Assembly: GCA_012295275.1 (NCBI GenBank)
Contig: CM022667.1
Location: forward strand, 16,368,001 to 16,432,000
Length of the DNA stretch: 64,000 bases
Direction of reading: 5' to 3'
Source of the DNA: Chrysomallon squamiferum
Taxonomy: Eukaryota > Animalia > Mollusca
This document shows, piece by piece, positions 26,261 to 40,728 of the stretch. Position numbers and translations under genes: made by a program. How positions within the stretch are numbered: position 1 is the first letter of the stretch; every line of letters starts with the position of its first letter. A model generated the notes under the pieces. The model was given only the letters and a program-made list of their open reading frames with translations. It was not told the DNA's origin and searched no databases.

Positions 26261-27766
26261 GTAAGTTCACATAGAACTGAATACGTTACTCTATCTAGAT
26301 GACACAGCTTTCTTTCATTCGTTACTTCTTTTCTTTATCTGTCTGTTATACTTTTTCATTCATTACTCATTCCATTTTCTGTTCATTTTCTTTCTTCTGT
26401 TAATTTTCTTTCTTTATTTATTTATTTTACCTTCCTGCTTTCTTTTTTCTTTCTTTCCTTTTTTCACTTTGTTTTAAGAATCATGCTAGACATGAAGACT
26501 TGAGTCCCAACGATTGTCCTAATACTTAACTTCGATCAACTACTCTTGATATGTGAATATACAAAGCCAAAGATTGTCACGTTTAAAGTGAAAAACATAT
26601 TTCGCTTTGGAGAATATCTCAGTTTTAATGGATTACATGTATCCAGTTACTTCATTATAATTATTACCTGTTCTAATATACATGTATGACTGCCGTCAGT
26701 TACAGATGTAATTATACATAATATATCAATTGTTTTACAGAAAGACGCACGTAAGTATAAACATAAGGACAATACACAAATGGATCTGAAAGAATATTAA
26801 AATGGATAAGCTATTTATAATAATAATAATCTTAATATTAACAACAACAGCAGCAGCAGCAGTAGTAACAACAATCATAATAATAATAATTAATAATCTT
26901 AAAACTAGTTTAAGTTAAAAACAAGCCATTAATCCGAGAAAGTAATTTTACATTTTTTAGCTTTGTGTATTATACGTCGCAAGTAGTACTGACGTTGTAA
27001 CGTGACATTCACCTTTAAAATACTTAACATAAATGAAGGAAATAATCAACAATTTTTCTAAATGTAAAAGAAAATTAAATAATTAATATTGTATTTATTA
27101 CTGATTTCTGTTGTTTATTTCTGTTGATATGACTGCTATTTAAGATAAGTTATCTATACTGCCGTACAGCAGCTGTAAAGTACATCATTTCTGAAATAGG
27201 TATATGTCGAGTAAACATTTATAAATCACACAGGTATACTGCTGAGCAAAAGAAAGAACACACCGACCTGAACAGTTTGTGAACAGAAAAAGACAAATAT
27301 TCTGACATTGTGTGTCAGCGTCACGGATGAGGTGACGAATGTTTTTTTTTTTTTTTTTTTTTTCTAGTTCTGGGTAGCAGTGAGTAGGAGTCACGGAGTT
27401 AACCCACGTTTTATCAGCAGTATGTTTGAAGTGTCAAGTTACATTTCTCTGTTACATCGTCTTCTCTCCATTTACACGCATCATGCACATGTAACCATTC
27501 TATACAGCAGACTTGCTTGTGATTTATCATTATTATTTGTAGTATTGATGTTTTTAAGCTATCTATCTATATCTATAGTCTATCTATCTCTCTCTATATA
27601 TACATACATAAATACATACACATATACATACGTACACATACACACACGATCTAAATCTTAAAAATGTCTATTTCATAATGATAAAGATTTCTTCACATTT
27701 TGGGTAATATTGCGTTTATACGTCTTTGGGTTTGTACACGGATATTATCGAAATTTTGTATTTTTA

Positions 27767-27928
<162 letters not shown>

Positions 27929-28400
27929 GTCTCTGTGAGTTGCTGTGTGTGTGTGATGTGTGAGTGTGTGAATTAGACGGGTAATTTTAGCCTTAGGCGA
28001 TGGTATTTAGTTTTGTAATTTAATATCATGTCAAATCAGCTTAATCCTATCACATTCACATATACGTTTACACAGTTCGTATCTTAAATGGAAGTAACTG
28101 ATAAATCTCTTTCGTTTACAGACTTCCGAAAATGAATGAATGGATAATAAGTTTCAAAATATCTGGAAACTAATGATATCTGTATATTTGTGTGTCTGTC
28201 TGTATGCGTGTATTTACGTACGTACGTATGTATGTATGTAAGCATGTGTTTATGTATGCATGTATGTAAGTATGTATGTATGTATATATGCATGTATGTA
28301 TGTGTTTATGCATGTGTCTATGCATCTATGTATGTATGTATATATGTAAGTGTTTATGTATGTATGTATTTATATATACATGTATGTATGTATGTATGTA

Positions 28401-28445
<45 letters not shown>

Positions 28446-28479
28446 GTGTTTTTATCTTTGTTTTATTTTGTTTATTCAG

Positions 28480-28617
28480 GCTGTGGCTAGTCTGGCTCTG
28501 TTTGGAGAACGACTTCCAGTCTTGTGGTGGGTCGGAGCGTCTCTCATCTTCAGTGGTTTGGTCTTCATACACAAGGGAGCTAACCGGACTCAGTCTGAGA
28601 AGATAAAAGACAATTAG
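28480..28617 (+). CDS. TMEM42: TMEM42 exon 3 (spliced product 159 aa)
   Basis: ttattcag|AVASLALFGERLPVLWWVGASLIFSGLVFIHKGANRTQSEKIKDN*; LFGE...LWW.G motif. Confidence 0.9.
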   Translation, partial: AVASLALFGERLPVLWWVGASLIFSGLVFIHKGANRTQSEKIKDN

Positions 28618-29192
28618 TCGTAAATTTTTAACTTGATGAAAGAACTGTTAAAACTGAAGAGAACTAGTTAAAAATAATCATATCACATGAAACGAGAAAG
28701 AAAGAAAGAAAGAAATTAAATTAAAAAAAAAAAAAAAAAAAAGAAGAAAACAGGAAAAAGCAAAAGAAACAAGCAAGCAAACAACAACAAAACTGTATGT
28801 ATATATATATATATTTTAGAACAATCAAATTATAAATGGATGGTAGAAAATTCTATATGCTTTGGAAGGCAAACTACATTCCATAAACGCACAAATGTAT
28901 ATATGTTTTGAGTAAGTTTTAATAAATTAAATTAAAGCTATCTTTTGCTTTGTTATATTAATTCATTATTTTGTTGATAAATTTAATAACTGAAGTATAT
29001 ATTGTGTTCATATGTTAAAACAGTTTCATATGTGTATTCGCTAATTCTTATTTTATCATAAATAACACTGATTTATAATTTTTGACGTTGTTCTAGAAAA
29101 TACGGACATACATATTTTATTATATGGTAAATAATAGAAAATACTTACATTTACTTTCTTCTTTTTCCCTAATAATAAATGCAAGCACATTG

Positions 29193-29223
<31 letters not shown>

Positions 29224-29476
29224 CTTATATATAATTTGTTTTTGTCCCCAGGACCGAATTAATAATTTACGGATATACATTATTATATTGCAAGCTGAAT
29301 TAATTACAAATAGGGTTTTTTCTCTGAGCTGTAAATAAATTTAAAGAGAAAAATAGAAACATAATGACTTTTACCTTTCACTGACTTTCTTAAAAGCAAT
29401 AAGAATGGAACATTCAATCATCAATGATTTACTTTATTTCTTCACTTTATAAAACTATATTTTAATCACTTAATTA

Positions 29477-29539
<63 letters not shown>

Positions 29540-29574
29540 GGCTTTATTTTTGTTTCTTTTCTTTTTCGTTTCAT

Positions 29575-29607
<33 letters not shown>

Positions 29608-30448
29608 CGTGCTCTTTAATCTTACTTTATCCGTATTGTTTTTTCTTCATACAGTTTCTGCTTTCATTCTTTCTTTAATTTTCCTCTTTTTTCTATCTTT
29701 TTTTAAAAATATCATCTTTCCTTCTATGCGATTTTTGTTGTTTTTTTTATATTTTTTTTTTTATAAAGCGTTCGTTTCAAGTGACCCATTAACTTCCTAC
29801 TTCGCCTACGTGACTTGTATAATAAAAAATATGTATGTTTTCGCCTCGGGTGAATGTTCTAAACACAAATTTATAAATTCTGTGACATGCTTACGTTATC
29901 TTTTTTTTTCTACAACTTTGGACACGTTATTCTTATCCACGAAGTAACGCACTTCAGTAAAGTATAATATATCTTTCTCCATTCTAATTCATGTGTGTGT
30001 TCGTGTGTATGTGTATGTGTACTTACATATATATATGTATATAGATGGATAGATGAATGGATGGATGGATGGATGGATGGATGGATGGATGGATGGATGG
30101 ATGGATGGATAGACAGACAGACAGACAGACAGGCAGGTAGGTAGGTAGAAAGGTAGATAGATAGATAGACACACACATACATTTCGTTCCTTCTTTGTTT
30201 TTCCTCTTTTAGGATTATTTATGAATTAACAGTAAAATTAAACTGAAGTTGTAAAACCATCTTCATAACATATAGCTGTAGCTGAAATGAGCTTCAGTCG
30301 CAGGGACAGTCAAAACAAAACAAGAACAAGGAGTAAACCGCGACTTATAGAATATTACATCGACAAATTATTGCACGATAAATACTAATATCTAAAATGA
30401 TTTTTTTTGTAGAAAAGCTAACCACTAAAACCTCTTGAAACCAAGACC

Positions 30449-30479
<31 letters not shown>

Positions 30480-30727
30480 TATAACTACAGCAGATGGGAA
30501 TAGTTTGTTCAGTATTGTAAGTAATACCCATATTCAAAGAACTGTCTTTTCAGTAATTCCGTATTTTATCTCGGATATTTATATTTACAGTTCGCAGTTC
30601 CATTAATGAAGGTTAGTCTACGTTGATATCTTCGACATTATGTAACTATGCTAGTGTGACATACTGTATCCATGCTGTACATATTTCGTAACAAGGCGTC
30701 TCTTTTAACACAGGTTTAAAACTAACA

Positions 30728-30765
<38 letters not shown>

Positions 30766-31673
30766 TCAAGGGAATTGATTTTGATAATAATGTTGATGAT
30801 GATGATAATAATAATATAGTGATAGTTATGATATGACGATTTGTAGGAGTAATAATAATTGTATAATGATGGTTCAAATAGCAGTAACAATACTGTGGTA
30901 ATAGCTGTTGTGGTGTTGTTCTTCACTAGTTGTTAAAAAATGAAACTTTACGTTGACGGTTAAACACACACGGATTTGTTTTTGATTTACATGCTCAAGA
31001 AACATTTATGACGTTATAAATACACAGACACACTAAGAAGATTTCCAGGAATGGTAACAACATCACAAAATCCAAGCATTTTTGGATACTGAAGGTCATT
31101 CTCAAAAGAAATTGTCACAGCTGCCGAGTGCATAGTGTATAAAATAACCAGTTCACTGAACGGTCACTTTGTGGTCAAAGAAATGATGGACAGTGGCCAC
31201 CTACTCAGCAGTGGACATAATGACAGGCTACTTACCAGTGGGCTTAATTTCGAAGATGAAATGTTGTCAATAAACTGAATGGAATCGACAAGAGACCAGA
31301 GGACAAGAGAAACCCCAGTCTTGATATTTGTTAGTGTATTTACTTTAGAACTACACAATTTAAGACGCATCAATTAACTAACTAAAAAATTAACAAGGCA
31401 ATTAACTCCGTATAAAAGGTAATGGCAATACCAAATGGTTTTGAGAAAAAAGTATGGGAAGATCAGAAGGAAAGAAAGATGTGTGGACAGATGGAAAGAA
31501 AGATGTGTGGATAGATGGACGATCGGACTGACGCGCAGATGGTTTGCTCGGGTGAATGGTTGATAGCTGTTCAGAGAGAGAATGACAGAAACAAACACAG
31601 ATTAAAAAGAAGAAGGGAAAATATCCAGAAAGAAGAAAAGAAAGGAAGATAAGAATAAAACAAAATAATAATA

Positions 31674-31782
<109 letters not shown>

Positions 31783-32102
31783 ATTATAATTAAAAAATCA
31801 TAATAAATAAATAAATAAATAAATAATAACCATCAGATAATTGTACATTATCTGCAGCCGATGTCCAGAAGAAAAGGAAATTAATCAATCGTAATCTGTT
31901 GTAAAGTTAATCGATAAATTTTTCTCTTCATCTGGCACGGTCACTCTAGACTGGACAGATCTTGGAGCAATTTACCAAAATACATATCACGGAATTCTGT
32001 CAGGCGATTCAAGAAAGTTTCACGTGGTCAAAGGGGGGATGGTCATCATCGGTCACTTTTATCATCGCTGTTCATACAGTAAAAGATATTCTCTGACCTA
32101 GC

Positions 32103-32133
32103 ATGTCTGGAGGGTTTTATGACTTGTCTACAG
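32103..32133 (+). CDS. Candidate alternative first coding exon of the carbonic anhydrase (MSGGFYDLST-G)
   Basis: ATG plus 10 codons and one G, then CAG|gtgagc; phase 1, compatible with CA exon 2; preceded by a locally GC-richer promoter-like patch. Confidence 0.45.
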
Positions 32134-32504
32134 GTGAGCGAGTAATCAATGGGGTGTTGTTTCGTGTTTTTATATCTAATTATTGGATGTTTATTTAACT
32201 GAGCGATGAGGAGATGAAAACGTTCTCCGAAGAGGCGTACTTTTTAAAGGGAATGTCGAGTTAAAAAAACCTTTTGATAATCAATCATGTTATTTTAGAT
32301 AAGAATTTTCTTTACAAAAAGCGAAACATGGCAACTGTTAAAATAAATACTAGGATAATACATGAATAATGAGAATAATAAAAAAAATTATAATTATATA
32401 GCTAAAGCTGAATTTTGAATTATGTTAAAAATGTAAATCACTTAACTGGAGACTTTCAAAATGTGGTAAATGCCATATGTGGATATATATATATATATAT
32501 ATAT

Positions 32505-32543
<39 letters not shown>

Positions 32544-33214
32544 TATGAACTGTTAAACTGCTGTGTTATAGTCAGTGCAATCCAAGACAGTAACGAGCCT
32601 AGTTACTGACGACTTTGCCTGTTTGGTACGTTGTTGATTATACACTTTTCATTTAACACTTTTTAAAACAACGATTGCTGGATATTTGCTTGATAGAAAT
32701 GAATGCCGGTTGTCCATAAAGATGCATGTTAGGAAATCATGAGTGCATAAACAGAAACAATATAGGTATGTAAGTAAACACATACATATTTAAAAGTATA
32801 CGCGCATTCATATATATGTACATGAATATATATATATATATAGTCAGACACATATCTAGAATGTGCTTGCCCATGTATGCATACACAGATCAAAATGGAA
32901 ACAAAGGTAAAATATATCACACAAACAAAAATTAGATATGGTTATTATACTATTATATTTCACACACGAAGACACAAATGTACATATATTTACTTCATCA
33001 TCCATTCACTAAATCATTGTCGAAAAAAGTGTGAACGTAATTTTACATATATATGCAGCATAAATATATCGATAAAATAATTATGAAAGATAAAAACAAA
33101 CTGTATAATCTGTGTCAAACTTGCACATATCCTACACATCTTATACCTTGCACATATTATATACATACACACACACACACCCAAAGACTTATAATATAAT
33201 ATATACATATATGC

Positions 33215-33326
<112 letters not shown>

Positions 33327-34393
33327 AAACAAATACTGCAATAATTGCAATAAATTTACTATAATCACAGATCAAGTTAATTGGGGACATCAAACGGACG
33401 CATCAATCTGTATTTATTCCGCAGTCACGTTCTCACAATAATACACTTTCTTGAATTTCTAGCAACATCCAATCAGCAAGAAGCCATTACAAGTATCGAT
33501 TTTCCAAAACAAACAATTTCTACTAACGATTTTGGTAATTAAACTGACTAATTGATGTTTTTGTTGAAATAAGTGAAACTTCTGCCTCTAATTTGGTTAG
33601 GCCGCAGCTAAGCTAGGAATTGTGAACTAAATTAGTTCGTGTCCTTGATTGCATACAGACAAAAATGATATAAATAGAAACACACAAATACACTTACAGA
33701 TGCAAGACCACTATGGTCTAAACCCGCAGAAGACATTTTTTGAAATAACTGATGTTCACTTGCACAGCTGGATAAACTATATTTTATATACTCGCTATCT
33801 GCTACCAAACATATTTCTTGTAGGTCGAATCATTCTAGTTTCCAGTCTTTCATTATAATTATATAGACACACACATAATCAAAATTCTAGTACTATATAC
33901 ACACAATTATACATTCGAATTTAAACAGATAGTATATACATTCACATACACACACATACACATATTAACACATATACAAGTATACATATATCGAAATGCA
34001 AAAACGGTAACTTTTAGGACAACCAATGATTCTCTCTTTTCTATTTGTTGTGTTCGTGCACGTGAGGCGTGCGCAAACCATTTCTCTCACCGAAGCTTTC
34101 TAAAAATATAGTTTTATCTACAGCTACACATCCCATCCAGCTAATCCTATGATCATTTCTGATCGGCGAGTTTGACTCTGACTACCTGTCATTCGTGGTA
34201 TATTTTTGAGAATATGTGTGCAGTCGACCGTGTCAAAATGTAACATACAGTGTCAGTATTTTGACCATTGTGTTTACTATCGTTATATCTGTCAGTGAAC
34301 CGGTGAACTTGATACACTCGCCGTCATAGGCGAAAAACTGTGTTAATTTTATTGTTATATATTGTTGTTGTTGGTTCTATTGGCAAGAAAGAC

Positions 34394-34549
<156 letters not shown>

Positions 34550-34844
34550 GTGTCCGTGGTAGAAGAGTTTCAAAATTTAAAAGATATTTAATAAATAGTG
34601 TTAGGAAGGTTTTCTCTGATGAATAACAAACACTTTGTTAACAACGTACAAAAAGTACATATCTGAATTAGTGAGCAACTGAAAACGAACAGAATAGACA
34701 TTTGTACAATACATAAGCGAGAAAAAGGGTGAAAAAGCCACAGTGAGAGAGAAGCACAGTAATACAGATAAAAAAGAGAGAACCAAAGATATATATGTAT
34801 ATATCTATGTCTATCTATCTTTGTACCTGAATAATATATACATT

Positions 34845-34978
<134 letters not shown>

Positions 34979-35767
34979 GAGAGAGAGACAGAGAGAGAGA
35001 GAGATGACGAGAATGAATAAAATAGCAATATTTACTAACTAGTATAACTGATTCAAGTACTGGCGTTATACAAGGTGATACTGTAGATCGATGTGGTTAA
35101 ATAACAGTGAAATGTTGATGTGTTATGTGCTAAATAAATATGCAGTGACAGCTACATGACACTGAGGTAAGAACGATAAATCACCTGTCCAGCGCAAATC
35201 AGCAGGTGTCATTAGTAGAGACTGAATCACTGATTTATACTTAAATATACACGGTTATATATATTTATGTATATAAATATACACACACACACACACGCAC
35301 ACACACACACTGTCATAAACACACATGTACACATATATCAAAATAAGTACTGATTTATCAGATAACTATGTACCGGTTTGCTATCCTCTGTGCATTTCCA
35401 AATTCTGCTGTAGCTCAGATAGTCAATTTAAAATTAATCTTAAAGTCCATTTAAACTGATCAGATAAACTGCTGTAGATATATAAGTAATAACGTTATTA
35501 TATTTATGTTCAGCACGTCGTATTAGTAAATTTGGTATCTATCTTCAGATATAAGTAATAAATAGGTTAATTCGGAAACAGTAATAACTGTAATGACAAT
35601 ACCACTAAATTATGGTAAATACTGAATTAATTATCGAATAATTTTGAATATACCTAAATAAATAAATACACATACAGAAACACACATACACAGACACACA
35701 CACACACGCGCGCGCACACATACATACACATACATACGTACACAGTTACAAACATAATGACAATCAG

Positions 35768-36648
35768 ATATTACTTAAGTTACAAGGCCGCAGTCACACA
35801 ACAGCAAATTGTCTTGAGGAAGACATTAACCAAGAAAGTGTGCTTCGAAAAGACAAATGTTGTGTGACATGATACGTAATTAATTTTCACCCTATAAACA
35901 ACAATGTATATCCTACAGGTGTACAAGGAATTCGTAAAATAATACATACATACTACATACATACATATAAATAAATATATAGACACACAGTTTATTTCTC
36001 CTGATATTTACATTCCCTCATTCATGCAATATTAACTTATACAAAGACATTAAAGACGCAAAAGGTGGAAATGTATATGCGAATGTGACAGAAATAAGCT
36101 GATTTAACACGATTTTAAATTACAAAAGCTGAAGTCCGTCCACTGAGGCTAAAATTACCTGTCTCAGTTCTAGTGTTAGTTAGGGTGAGATGACTATATA
36201 GGTAAACTGTAAGGTATATATTCTTATTCATTAAACCTTTCTTCCCAGAGCCGTAAGTTGATATTAATCACAATAACATGAGCATCCATAACAGTTACTA
36301 CAACTACGACAGTAGCAATAACAGTTACAACAAAAACAACAATAAATAAATAAATAAATAAATAATTTCGTTGACGTTAGTGAACGCTGCAAATTATACT
36401 ACGGAACAATGATGCGAAGTAATTGTTAATCACATCATAATGCATTGACGTTTGACATTTACAATATCTATAGATAATGATAATATATCGGAATGCATAG
36501 TAAAACCGAATCAAGAACGAAAGATAATTCTAAAATAAAAAAATAAATGAAGGGGTAATTAAATAAAAGAAAGAAAGATAAAAACAAAATTTAAAAAGTA
36601 CAAATAAATAAATAAATTATTTATGTACATATGATCGTTTTCATTCGT

Positions 36649-36686
<38 letters not shown>

Positions 36687-37541
36687 TTTATCATCCACTT
36701 AATAATTAATTAATTAAAATGTTCTTTGTTTATGTATATTACTGAATTACATACTAATTTATTATCCACTAGCAGTTGTCGCCACTTCGAATTTTATTTC
36801 ATCGTTTCGATTAGGTAAACAGTTAATAACATACATCTTTCAAGTATAATAAAATAGTCACTGATTTCGCCAGTGATTTATAAAAATAGATATAGACTTT
36901 ATTCACCAACATGACTCACACAATGTAAACAATATAATCTTATACTCAGGTATCTTGCATTTCTCTGTTGTAGGGATTCCGAAGGAAAAATAAACACATA
37001 CAAGCGAAATACATAATTATTTTGAGTAATTATATATACACATATACACACAAACACTTACACATATACAGAGAGAGAGAGAGAGGGATGGACTACAACA
37101 GATAAATGGATAATTCTGTGTTCAAGTCATATGGACATACATAAGAAAGAAAGTGAAAGTGAAGAAAAACAATTATGATTATCAAACTGTTGTTGTTCTT
37201 AATCTCTGTAACTTATGATTCAATTAATTTGGTCCATCTTTGTTTTCGTTTATAATTATAGGAATTATTTTAGCAAGAGTTCGCCGAAAAGGGTTTGTAA
37301 ATTTGAAATCGAAGTTGCAGTGAAAACATGTATATGAATAATTCATACTTATTTTTGTTAACATAAAGTACGTAATAAAAGGAATTACATCTATTTTGGT
37401 GTTATTGAATGTAACAACAGCAAAGTCACGATCAGCACCCCTACCACCATAACAAAACATCATATTTATTAGCATCAACAACAACAATAATAACAATAAC
37501 AATAACAGTAATAATATAATAATAATAAAAATAATACCAAC

Positions 37542-37584
<43 letters not shown>

Positions 37585-38279
37585 GTAATAATAATACAAC
37601 GTTAAAGATAAAAACGGTAACCTGAACAACGACAATACAGTAGATGCAATGTTAGACATATGCACCTAAATTTACCTTTTTTCTCTTCGATAAAGACATT
37701 ATTACAGAGAAATGAACTCTTTGTATTACAAATAATTATTCATGAGTTCGTAATTGTCAATACAGACATATTAGTAACGTTATTCCAATAAGACAAGAAA
37801 GATCAACAAACACATATTTATTTATTGTTCATCTGAAACACGATGCTTAACACAATGGGCGTGCAAATAATATAAATATGATCTAAGGAAAACGTTATTT
37901 CTCGTTTCGAATAACACATTTGAACTAAGTTTGTACGAATATAGGATTACGGTTATTTCACGAATATATTAATGGACTTAGTGTAATGCGAAAGTCATTC
38001 ACCCGTTTCTTTTCCATGTATTCCAAAATCTGTATTCCGAGTAATCTTTCCCTCGTTCTCTCGGTCACCACGTATCTCTCTCAATCTCTTCTCTCTGTAT
38101 GTCTTTACTGTTAGCTCAGTTTCTCTTTTTTTTACCTTCCTTCATGTCTTTCCTGTTTCGTTCGCTGTCTCTCATATTCATCAATGTTTACGAGGTTAAT
38201 TATTTAAATTCGTTATTTAAAGAAGAAATAAAATATTGTATGTGGAATCACCCTTTTCTACCACGAGCGCCATCCCACC

Positions 38280-38370
<91 letters not shown>

Positions 38371-38599
38371 GTCTCTGCCCATTATTGCCATGTTGATTTT
38401 TTTCTTTAGTTCATATATATATATATATATTATGAATTCCTTGTATACCTGTAAAATATACATTGTTGTGTATAAGGTGAAAATTAATTACGTATCATGT
38501 CATACAACATTTGTCTTTTCGAAGCATACTTTCTAGGTTTACGTCTTCCTCGAGACAATTTGCTGTTGTGTGACCGTGATCTTTTGACTTAAGTAATAT
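35768..38599. repeat. Inverted repeat pair with ~170-bp arms (35768-35940 / 38430-38599)
   Basis: The arms are reverse complements. The ORF track shows near-identical text NSLYTC(R/K)IYIVVY(R/K)VKINYVSCHTTFVFSKHTF on opposite strands. Confidence 0.85.
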
Positions 38600-38781
38600 T
38601 TTAGTGTCAAAAAGTATGCCGCAGAGAGAAACCAAACAACAAAAATACAAAAACAAAAGCAGTGGAAAGAAGGAAGTAAATTATTGGCACAAATATCACG
38701 CATACGCACATACATGCACATCAATACCCACATACACCCACACTCACACACACACACACACAATACGCGCGCCCTCTCTCT

Positions 38782-38822
<41 letters not shown>

Positions 38823-39151
38823 AAACACGCATACACAAAATAAGAGAAAAAACCTACACCCCCCAAAAAACAACAACAATAACGTTAGAAAAGAACATTT
38901 TTTTCTTCAAAATAGTGCTACAATAACTAAAGTACTGGATGTAATACTAACATATATTAAATTATAACTATCACTACTACTACTACTAATATAACTATTA
39001 TTATTATTATTATCATTGTTGTTGTTGTTGTTAAAGAAATAGAGAGATCCAGCAGCCCTTTAATCAGTGAGAACGACGCGGCGTATGCATAATATAATTT
39101 AACAACTGGTTTACGTCAACGTTAAAAAACTTTGTCGATGAGTATATTGCG

Positions 39152-39167
39152 ACAGTCACGTGACTGT
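39152..39167. promoter_or_regulatory. Perfect 16-bp palindrome ACAGTCACGTGACTGT containing the E-box/CLEAR motif GTCACGTGAC
   Basis: ~95 bp upstream of the CA ATG in a CpG-enriched patch; function inferred only. Confidence 0.5.
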
Positions 39168-39261
39168 ATTACTAGACGGGCCCTTAGTTTAACGGCGATT
39201 TAAGAACGCGACGGTACGTGACAGGCTGATCATACAAGGACGTAGAAACCACACACCAACT

Positions 39262-39289
39262 ATGAGCTGGGGGTACAGTCACGATAATG
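39262..39289 (+). CDS. Alpha-carbonic anhydrase exon 1 of 7 (MSWGYSHDN-G)
   Basis: Canonical alpha-CA N-terminal WGY motif, then G|gtaagt; phase 1 matches exon 2. Confidence 0.88.
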
Positions 39290-39325
39290 GTAAGTGCAAG
39301 ATTTTAATTTATTTGTTATCGATAA

Positions 39326-39404
<79 letters not shown>

Positions 39405-39805
39405 AGAAAGTCACATTAATAATCGAATAAATACAAAATAAATTGATATATAAATAAATATATAAAAAGAAAAATTACTTTTCTCTAAACCTGGTATTAC
39501 CTTACAATTAAGTTACAATTTTGCGACAGTACTAACCAAGAGGTGAAACTAACCGATTCTTATATTGTTTTTACATGCTACTTTACCTCTGCTAAGAAAG
39601 AGGACGCATTTAAATTACTTTTATCTCCAAATATATGTCACACACGCTATTCAGTTTCTATTATAATGTAAATAACTTTTTTGAATAATTTATTTACGCC
39701 ATAGTCTCAAAGTTTTTTCTTCGTACAAAGACCTTCCTAAGAAGGGCATTAAAAGACATAAGACTGTTTTTTTTATTGTTCTTTTTTTTGTTGTTTTTTG
39801 TTTAA

Positions 39806-39857
<52 letters not shown>

Positions 39858-39888
39858 GCAATGTGTGAAGTTAATAGTACTTGAAAGT

Positions 39889-39994
<106 letters not shown>

Positions 39995-40632
39995 GGTTTG
40001 TCCCTCTTTCTTTCTTACGAATGAATAATGTGTCCATTTCTCTTTATCCAACATATATGTGCTGCTTAGCTTGATAGATATGTTCTGCTATTTTTATCAG
40101 TTAACATCAGCGTAACAAAAAATACATAAATAAATGAAATTATATTTTTTGTTTCATCGTACTTTTATCTTTCTATCTTTAATCTTAACTTTTAATGGAC
40201 AAAAGACTTCTTCCCGTTCTTTAAGATACTTTTTACTGATTAATGATGTAAAAAAAAAAATAATAATAATTAAAGGTGATTTACTTTGTGAGGAAATTAA
40301 ATGGTCAACGAAGAAGATTAAGAAAGGAATTCTCGTAATTTGTATTTTAAAATATGAACTAAATAGCTACATGTCTTGTTCTAATCTGTCAGATATACTT
40401 TAAAATTGTTTGCGAGGGAAAGAAGAACAAGGAGAAATGAGTTTCTGGTTCTTTTGTGTGAAATTACGCAGCGGTAAAGAAACTACTCAGCAGAGTTTTC
40501 TTGCAATTTTTTAATGCGACCGTTTTTTTTACCAGTGACAAGGCAACAAATACCACAGCCTTTGATATTGAAATTGTGAAGTACTGGATTTAATAGACAA
40601 ATTTTAAATTAATCCATCGAGAAAAATTGATC

Positions 40633-40673
<41 letters not shown>

Positions 40674-40694
40674 GTAATAATAATAATCAAAATG

Positions 40695-40728
<34 letters not shown>

